Origin: a bacterium
GTDB taxonomy: Bacteria > Hinthialibacterota > Hinthialibacteria > Hinthialibacterales > Hinthialibacteraceae
Length of the DNA: 64,000 nucleotides
Direction of reading: 5' to 3'
Assembly: GCA_963662285.2 (NCBI GenBank)
Contig: CAXXMV010000006.1
Location: forward strand, 992,001 to 1,056,000
A program made the translations under genes and the position numbers. Numbering within the stretch: the stretch's first letter is position 1; the number at the start of each line of letters is the position of its first letter. Of the stretch, positions 57,676 to 64,000 are shown in pieces. The notes beneath the pieces were generated by a model. That model saw only the letters and a list, made by a program, of their open reading frames with translations, ran no database searches and had not been told where the DNA came from.

Positions 57676-57736
57676 TTTTTATACAATTCTCCTTAACGTT
57701 GTTATATCTAAGTTGTTTATAATTAAATATATACAA

Positions 57737-58276
57737 TCATGGCCCCCAGATATCAATATCTCCCAGGCTGATCAAACCGTTGGTCATATCGTAGGGGAAG
57801 CCATAATCCAGCACTTTGTTAGGACCATAGGAACGGATATGCCAGGCTAGCCCGCCTGGAACCGATAAATTAATATTAGCCGATGTCTGACGGTCGCCCA
57901 GAGAGGAGTGATAGTCGGACCTGAACCAGGCTTCTTCTGATTCACGTTCGACATAATGGAAATACATATAGCGGTTAGCTCCATCAGTAGATGTAGCGAA
58001 AATGTCATAAGGTAATGTCGTGATATATGCAAAGGGCGAAGTTAACCTTTGTAATCTAGGGTAAGCCCAGTTGCTGGGAGGATAATGATTGTTGTCAAGC
58101 CGGTATTGCTCCAGCGCATTGCCCTGCGCTTTGATGTCGCCATAGATTCGAGCCACTTTGGCGCGGGTTTGAGCGTTGAGAAAGTTAGGAACAGCGATGG
58201 CGGCCAGAATCCCGATGATGGCGACCACAATCAGAAGTTCGATCAAGGTAAAAGATTTTTTCTTAGCGTGAGTCAT
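57737..58276 (-). CDS. Prepilin-type N-terminal cleavage/methylation protein (GspG/pilin-like)
   Basis: KKKSFTLIELLIVVAIIGILAAIAVPNF; YRLDNNHYP; SYGP; YDMTNGLISLGDI. Confidence 0.9.
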   Translation of the reverse strand: MTHAKKKSFTLIELLIVVAIIGILAAIAVPNFLNAQTRAKVARIYGDIKAQGNALEQYRLDNNHYPPSNWAYPRLQRLTSPFAYITTLPYDIFATSTDGANRYMYFHYVERESEEAWFRSDYHSSLGDRQTSANINLSVPGGLAWHIRSYGPNKVLDYGFPYDMTNGLISLGDIDIWGP

Positions 58277-58427
58277 TATTACTACCTCCGGTCAAATAAT
58301 ATTAAAATAACAAAATTATGATTCAATACGAATTTGAGTATTTTGAAAAATTTAGTCAATTTCTTGTCTGAATCATGATACCCTGGATTAGCAGGATATA
58401 CAGGATTTTTTATCGTCAGTATTCTTT

Positions 58428-59525
58428 CTATTTTAATGGATTAAACCATAAATCAATGGGTTTTTTGACGCCTTGCGGTTTGAATGGCAGGGCGATTTTT
58501 TGGCCTAGTCCTGCTGATTGATAACCAGCCAATATCGCTTCCATTACTACCCGGCCATCTTCTCCAGTGGCTTTTGGTTCTTCTTTTCCCCTGACGCACC
58601 GGGCGAAATGATGAAATTCCTGGGGAAATCCATAATTCCATAGTTCTTCAAAAACCGGCCAAGTCCAGCCTTTGGTGGTCGGGGCTTTCTCAACTGCATA
58701 GCCGAAGCCGTATTCACTATAGGTTGGTAGAGCGTTGCCCATGTGCAGATCAGCGTAAGTCACGCCGCCTTCTCCATATACCTCGATGCGGTCTTCCATA
58801 CCTCCCCTACGCGCCCAGCTGTTTTCTACGAAACCAACTGCATTGTTTTCAAATTCGATAATGCATAGGGCGTTATCATCTGCTTTGGTAAGTTCTTTGT
58901 GGACATAAGTCCCCATTTGGCAGAGAACGTTCTTTATTTTAGGACGATCCAGGAACCAATAGCAGAAGGCGATGCCATGACATCCCAAGTCAAAAAATGA
59001 TCCGCCGCCTGATTTATCTATATCCCAGAACCAAGGCGCATGGGGTCCGAAGTGCTTTTCGCATTGTTTGATCATATAAAGTTTGCCGAAGGCGCCCTGA
59101 TCGGCCATTTCCTTGGCTTTGACGTATTTGGGAGTGAAGAACAGTTCTTCAGCGTACATTAAGAGAACGCCTTGCTTCTGGCAGACGTCTATCATCTCAT
59201 CGGCTTCTTCAAGCGTCATGCACAGCGGCTTCTCGCAAACAACGTGTTTTCCTGCGTTGGCGCAATCAATGGTCATTTGGGCGTGAAGAACGTTAGGGGC
59301 GGAGATGGTGACCATCTCAATATCTTTTTCTCTGAGCATGTCGCGGTAATCGTGAAATACTCGTGGTATTTTATAGCGCTCAGCCAGTTTTTCAGCATTA
59401 CCCGGAGTTGGCGAGGCGACAGCGACAACCTCTGCTTCTTCGGGCATTAATTGGAATGATGCGGCATGGATATCAGCTTGGAATTGAGAACCTATGATTC
59501 CAACTTTAACCTTTCCAATAGGCAT
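58428..59525 (-). CDS. Gfo/Idh/MocA oxidoreductase
   Basis: GIIGS, HVVCEKP, GGGSFFDLGCH. Confidence 0.92.
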   Translation of the reverse strand: MPIGKVKVGIIGSQFQADIHAASFQLMPEEAEVVAVASPTPGNAEKLAERYKIPRVFHDYRDMLREKDIEMVTISAPNVLHAQMTIDCANAGKHVVCEKPLCMTLEEADEMIDVCQKQGVLLMYAEELFFTPKYVKAKEMADQGAFGKLYMIKQCEKHFGPHAPWFWDIDKSGGGSFFDLGCHGIAFCYWFLDRPKIKNVLCQMGTYVHKELTKADDNALCIIEFENNAVGFVENSWARRGGMEDRIEVYGEGGVTYADLHMGNALPTYSEYGFGYAVEKAPTTKGWTWPVFEELWNYGFPQEFHHFARCVRGKEEPKATGEDGRVVMEAILAGYQSAGLGQKIALPFKPQGVKKPIDLWFNPLK

Positions 59526-59696
59526 GATAACTCTCCATTAACAATAACATTAGATTAATTGTTGAGATAATCTAAGACAATAATATTGCTATGATCCCAT
59601 AAATATGTAAATATAGTCTAGGTTAGTGAGGTTGCTTTACATGAATCCATTCCATTTTTAAAATAGATGCCTGTCAGAAAAATAAGGATAATAATT

Positions 59697-60971
59697 ATGT
59701 CAAAACCAGATCGCCGTGATTTTTTGAAATCATCAGTATTGTTGACGACGATATCAGCTGCTTCGACAAAACGAGTGTTTGGTGCCAATGAGCGGCTTAG
59801 GGTAGGTTTCATCGGTTTAGGAGGGCGGGGCAGTTGGCTGCATCGTTTAACCATGCGTCATATAGAAGATCACAATGATGCTGAAATCGTCGCCCTGTGC
59901 GATGTCTACGCCAAAAGGCTCGATCAGGCTCATCAGCGTAGCCCGGAAGCCAAGACTTATGTGCATCATCAGGAGTTACTCAACCGTAACGATCTGGATG
60001 CAGTCTTTATCGCCACGCCGGATCATTGGCATGCGCCCATAACGCTTATGGCTATGGAAAAAGGCCTGGATGTATATTGCGAAAAACCCATGACGCTCTA
60101 TTGGGAAGAGGCCAAAGAGGTAGCCAAAAAAGCGCAGGAACTGAAGCGCGTCTTGCAAGTCGGAGTGCAGGCATTGTCTTGGAGCAAATGGCGTAAAGCC
60201 AAAGAGATTATTGATAAAGGTATGCTGGGGCAGGTGGTTTGCTGCCAGGGCACCTATAGCCGGAATGCTCCGGGCGGAGACTGGAACTGGGATATTGATC
60301 CAAAGGCCGGACCGGATGGTAAAGGATTGGATCATATCGATTGGAAGCAATGGCTTGGTTCGGCTCAGCAGAGATCATTTGATGGGGATCGATTTTTCAG
60401 GTTCCGTAAGTATTGGGATTATTCCGGCGGTATAGCAACTGACCTTCATTATCATACTGTAGCGCCATTTCATCTGGCGGTTAAAAATGAACATCCCACC
60501 CGCGTAGTCGGAATGGGAGGAATCTGGGTGCATAATGACGGACGAGAAGTTCCTGATACATTCTTGACCGCCGCCGATTATCCATCGAAATATTCCCTGA
60601 CGGTTCAATCATCTCAGGCCAATGAAGTTGGATTAAGAACTCTGATCAGAGGGGAAAAAGCAACTCTGTACTGTGGAGCGGATTGGGAAGGCGAATCCTA
60701 CGGGAGTTTGAAAGTGACGCCTGAGAAACCATTCAAACAGGAATTCGTTTCACGTTGGAGCAAAGATGAATATATTATCCCGGATATCAAAGACGAAGGC
60801 GATGATAAACATGTCGATAATTTCTTTGCGTGCATCAAAAGCCGTGAATTACCCAACTGTCATGCCGACCTGGCCTTCAAGGTCATAACAACCATCGCCC
60901 TTTCAGTGCGCTCTTACCGTGAAGGCAAGATGTTTTATTATGATCCACAAAAGGAGATAGTGACTGGTTGA
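59697..60971 (+). CDS. Tat-exported Gfo/Idh/MocA oxidoreductase
   Basis: DRRDFLK, GFIGLGGRG, ATPDHWH, YCEKP; start set at ATG 59697. Confidence 0.9.
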   Translation: MSKPDRRDFLKSSVLLTTISAASTKRVFGANERLRVGFIGLGGRGSWLHRLTMRHIEDHNDAEIVALCDVYAKRLDQAHQRSPEAKTYVHHQELLNRNDLDAVFIATPDHWHAPITLMAMEKGLDVYCEKPMTLYWEEAKEVAKKAQELKRVLQVGVQALSWSKWRKAKEIIDKGMLGQVVCCQGTYSRNAPGGDWNWDIDPKAGPDGKGLDHIDWKQWLGSAQQRSFDGDRFFRFRKYWDYSGGIATDLHYHTVAPFHLAVKNEHPTRVVGMGGIWVHNDGREVPDTFLTAADYPSKYSLTVQSSQANEVGLRTLIRGEKATLYCGADWEGESYGSLKVTPEKPFKQEFVSRWSKDEYIIPDIKDEGDDKHVDNFFACIKSRELPNCHADLAFKVITTIALSVRSYREGKMFYYDPQKEIVTG

Positions 60972-60974
60972 AAG

Positions 60975-61592
60975 TTACAAATTACATAACACAGGATTGT
61001 AAACATTATCGGGCTTGAAATCCTGAATTATGTAGGTGGAGTTTTGGGGGATATGGGTGCGGATTTTGTCCAGGTCATCTTGGGTGAGCAGGGAATTGAC
61101 GTTGGTGGTGCGGAACTGATGCGGGATTCCGCTTTGAGCTATTACGGTGATGCTCTGTTGGATTAATTCAGTGTTGATTTTAACTCCAGCCAGGCGTTCG
61201 TATGATTCCAGGGGGGCTTTGATATCCATAGCTATGTAATCGAGCAGGTTATCGTGTATCAGTTTTTCGATAATGTCGGGGCGGCTGCCGTTAGTATCAA
61301 GTTTGATTTTGAATCCCATTGATTTGCATGAGCGTATGAAATCTGGTAAATCAGGTTGAAGGGTAGGTTCGCCGCCGCTGATAACTAAGGCGTCTAACTT
61401 TTTGGATTTGGCTTTTAACTCGGATAGAATTTTTGTTTGGGGGATCAAGTTACTCTCTAAATTATCAGCAGGAATCAGCGATCCGTTATGGCAGAAGGGA
61501 CAGCGGAAATTGCAGCCCTGGGTGAATACTATGGCCGCAATTTCGCCGGGATAATCGCTTAAGGTAAACGGATCGAATCCACCGATTTTCAT
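60975..61592 (-). CDS. nrdG: Anaerobic ribonucleotide reductase activating enzyme (radical SAM)
   Basis: GCNFRCPFCHN, SGGEPTLQ, LDTNG; overlaps the nrdD stop. Confidence 0.95.
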   Translation of the reverse strand: MKIGGFDPFTLSDYPGEIAAIVFTQGCNFRCPFCHNGSLIPADNLESNLIPQTKILSELKAKSKKLDALVISGGEPTLQPDLPDFIRSCKSMGFKIKLDTNGSRPDIIEKLIHDNLLDYIAMDIKAPLESYERLAGVKINTELIQQSITVIAQSGIPHQFRTTNVNSLLTQDDLDKIRTHIPQNSTYIIQDFKPDNVYNPVLCNL

Positions 61593-63739
61593 GATTGTTT
61601 TGTCACTTGATAATGCTTGCGCATTGTGAATTCGGTCTGCTTGCCTTCATTCCACTGGTTGACCGGACGTAGATAGCCGACCACGCGTGAATAAATTTCC
61701 GTTGTGGCGCCGCATTCAGGGCATTGGCTTACTTCGCCTTTCAAATACCCATGCGTGGGGCAGATGGAAAAAGAAGGCGTCAGGGTGAAATAGGGCAGGC
61801 TGTACATTTCGCAAACCTTCTTGACGAATGATTTCACCGCCTGTGGATCGGGCGCCGCTTCGCCCAGAAAAATATGCTGCACGGTTCCCCCGGTATAGCG
61901 CGTCTGGATGGGGTCTTGTAAATCAAGAACGTTGAAAATATCATCCGAATAATTAACCGGGAGCTGGCTGGAATTGGTATAGATCGGTTTGGCGCCTTCA
62001 GTGACCGCTTCATCATTGGCGAAGCGGACGCCGGGGTATCTCTTCTGATCTAAACGCGCCAGTCGGTAGCCAGTGCTTTCGGCGGGAGTGGCTTCCAGGT
62101 TATAGAGGTTGCCGGTCTCTTCCTGAAAGGCCAGCAGCCGTTCTCTCATATAATCCAGAACTCTTGTTGCAAAGGCGGTTCCTTCGGGCGTACCGATATC
62201 CTTGTTTAGCAAATTGAGGCAGGCTTCATTCATGCCATTCAAGCCGATGGTGGAAAAATGGTTATGCCAGAAAGTATCATGGCGTTGTTTGACTAAGCGT
62301 AGATAGTAACGGGTGTAGGGATACAGGTTTTTGTCGGTAAAGTTTTCCAGAACTTTACGCTTAGTCTCCAAGCTGGTGCGGGCTGTTTCCATTAGGCGGT
62401 CGAGGCGTTTGATGAAATCATCCTCACTGGTCGCCAAGTGTCCCAAGCGCGGCATGTTGATAGTGACTACGCCAATCGATCCGGTCAGCGGATTGGCGCC
62501 GAATAATCCCCCACCGCGTTTTTCCAGGGTGCGAAGATCAAGACGAAGACGGCAGCACATGGAACGGGCGTCGTCTGGTGACATGTCGGAATTGATGAAA
62601 TTAGCAAAATAAGGGATGCCGTATTTCGCCGTAATATCCCACAGGCGATCCAGTTCGGGATTATCCCAATCGAAATCTGAAGCGATGTTGTAGGTCGGAA
62701 TGGGGAAACTGAAAACCCGTCCCTTGGCGTCGCCTTCTGCCAGAACTTCGAGGAAGGCTTGGTTGAGAATATTCATCTCATGCTGGAAATCGCCATATAC
62801 TTCATCCAGTTGCTGGCCGGAATGTATGACGCTCTCATTGGCCAGAGTTGATGGGACTTTGAGATCAAGGGTCAAATTGGTGAATGGCGTCTGAAAACCA
62901 ACGCGGGTTGGAACATTGACATTGAAGACGAATTCCTGCAGCGCCTGTTTGACTCCTTTGTAATCCAATCTATCATAGCGAATGAACGGCGCCAGTAATG
63001 TGTCGAAATTAGAAAAGGCCTGCGCTCCCGCTGCTTCGCCTTGCAGGGTATAGAAGAAGTTGACGATCTGTCCCAGGGCGGTGCGGAAATGCTTGGCGGG
63101 TAGGCTTTCGACTTTGCCCGGCGCTCCGGTGAATCCTGAGCGTAGTAAATCCTGTAGATCCCAGCCAACGCAATATACGGATAGGATTCCCAAATCGTGA
63201 ATATGGAAATCGCCGGAATTATGCGCCTCGCGAATATCGGGAGTATAAATCTTATTCAGCCAGTAAGTACGGCTGACTTCGCTGGATATATAGTTATTTA
63301 ATCCCTGGAGGGAATAGGCCATATTGCTGTTTTCCTGCACATTCCAATCCAGTTTCTCCAGATAACGGTCAATCAGGTCTAAGTCGGCTTTGGCCGCCAT
63401 TTCTCGGATTCGCGCATGTTGGTCGCGGTAAAGGATGTAGGCTTTGGCGGTTTTCTTGAAAGGCGAGGCCAGTAAAACTTCTTCGACGACATCCTGAATC
63501 TGTTCAACATTGGGGATTTCATCCTGCACAATCAATTGAGCCAGGGCGAGAACCCTGATGGTGAGTTGCCAGGCGATATCATCAGAGAATTCACCTGAAG
63601 CATGTCCTGATTTAAGGATTGCTTTAGTGATTTTCTTTATGTCAAAGTCACATAAGCGGCCATCCCGCTTGTAAATCTGAGTGAATGCGGAATTAGATTG
63701 ATTGGTGGTTTGTTCTGATGCCCCAAAGGTTGTGACCAT
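61589..63739 (-). CDS. nrdD: Class III ribonucleoside-triphosphate reductase with ATP cone
   Basis: KRDGR ATP cone, SMCCRL, EATPAES, CPTHG...CPEC, YSRVVGYLRP glycyl-radical motif; AAGGAG RBS supports ATG 63739. Confidence 0.96.
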   Translation of the reverse strand: MVTTFGASEQTTNQSNSAFTQIYKRDGRLCDFDIKKITKAILKSGHASGEFSDDIAWQLTIRVLALAQLIVQDEIPNVEQIQDVVEEVLLASPFKKTAKAYILYRDQHARIREMAAKADLDLIDRYLEKLDWNVQENSNMAYSLQGLNNYISSEVSRTYWLNKIYTPDIREAHNSGDFHIHDLGILSVYCVGWDLQDLLRSGFTGAPGKVESLPAKHFRTALGQIVNFFYTLQGEAAGAQAFSNFDTLLAPFIRYDRLDYKGVKQALQEFVFNVNVPTRVGFQTPFTNLTLDLKVPSTLANESVIHSGQQLDEVYGDFQHEMNILNQAFLEVLAEGDAKGRVFSFPIPTYNIASDFDWDNPELDRLWDITAKYGIPYFANFINSDMSPDDARSMCCRLRLDLRTLEKRGGGLFGANPLTGSIGVVTINMPRLGHLATSEDDFIKRLDRLMETARTSLETKRKVLENFTDKNLYPYTRYYLRLVKQRHDTFWHNHFSTIGLNGMNEACLNLLNKDIGTPEGTAFATRVLDYMRERLLAFQEETGNLYNLEATPAESTGYRLARLDQKRYPGVRFANDEAVTEGAKPIYTNSSQLPVNYSDDIFNVLDLQDPIQTRYTGGTVQHIFLGEAAPDPQAVKSFVKKVCEMYSLPYFTLTPSFSICPTHGYLKGEVSQCPECGATTEIYSRVVGYLRPVNQWNEGKQTEFTMRKHYQVTKQS

Positions 63740-64000
63740 AATATATCTCCTTGATATATAAGGAATAAGACAGTTCAATTTCATGAAAACCAAATATTAA
63801 ATAAGTAAGTAAAGAGATTAAATCCAAACTGATTTAAGTGTTAATCCATAGGGGGAAATGGAAGAAATGAATAATACCAGCTGGTCTAGTAATAAAGAGT
63901 ACATACCAATAAGGCTTCAACACTCTAAATAATAGACAACGATATTAATCAAACCGCCTCTTTCCCTCGAAAGATACGATTAACCTTAACGCAAAGTGGT

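Noticed and set aside
57212-57850. 212-aa plus-strand ORF and similar long antisense ORFs
   Set aside because: Antisense shadows of well-supported genes
63740-64000. NrdR box or cobalamin riboswitch upstream of nrdD
   Set aside because: No convincing match to either consensus in the visible sequence
1-64000. CRISPR arrays, tRNA, rRNA, prophage genes
   Set aside because: None recognised by eye; a tRNAscan-SE, Infernal or CRISPR-finder run would be needed to exclude them formally

Overview
Bacterial chromosomal window, roughly 40-45% GC by eye. The pilin-like and secreted-protein features suggest a Ca. Hinthialibacter/OLB16-like lineage, which is unverified inference. Main contents: two paralogous membrane histidine kinases; an intact IS481-family element (5-bp TSD) inserted at the edge of a 177-bp MITE (10-bp TSD), itself inserted in a REP-like palindrome; carbohydrate enzymes (GH127-like, deacetylase, GH38-like, BNR sialidase-like, Gfo/Idh/MocA); an ABC-ATPase + PD-(D/E)xK gene pair; an ECF sigma/anti-sigma module; a flagellar operon fliL-fliM-fliY-(SPOA)-fliOPQR-flhBAFG with a distant flgM; pssA; leuCD; a BlaI/BlaR1-like pair; and nrdDG. 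No rRNA, tRNA or CRISPR array was seen. Best leads: a multi-stem RNA-like element carried inside the IS481 right end, the ATPase-nuclease candidate defence pair, a shared C-terminal W-x-x-[FY] tail on secreted domains, a BlaR1-like sensor with an internal signal peptide and Kelch propeller, and atypical flagellar C-ring and FlhG proteins.
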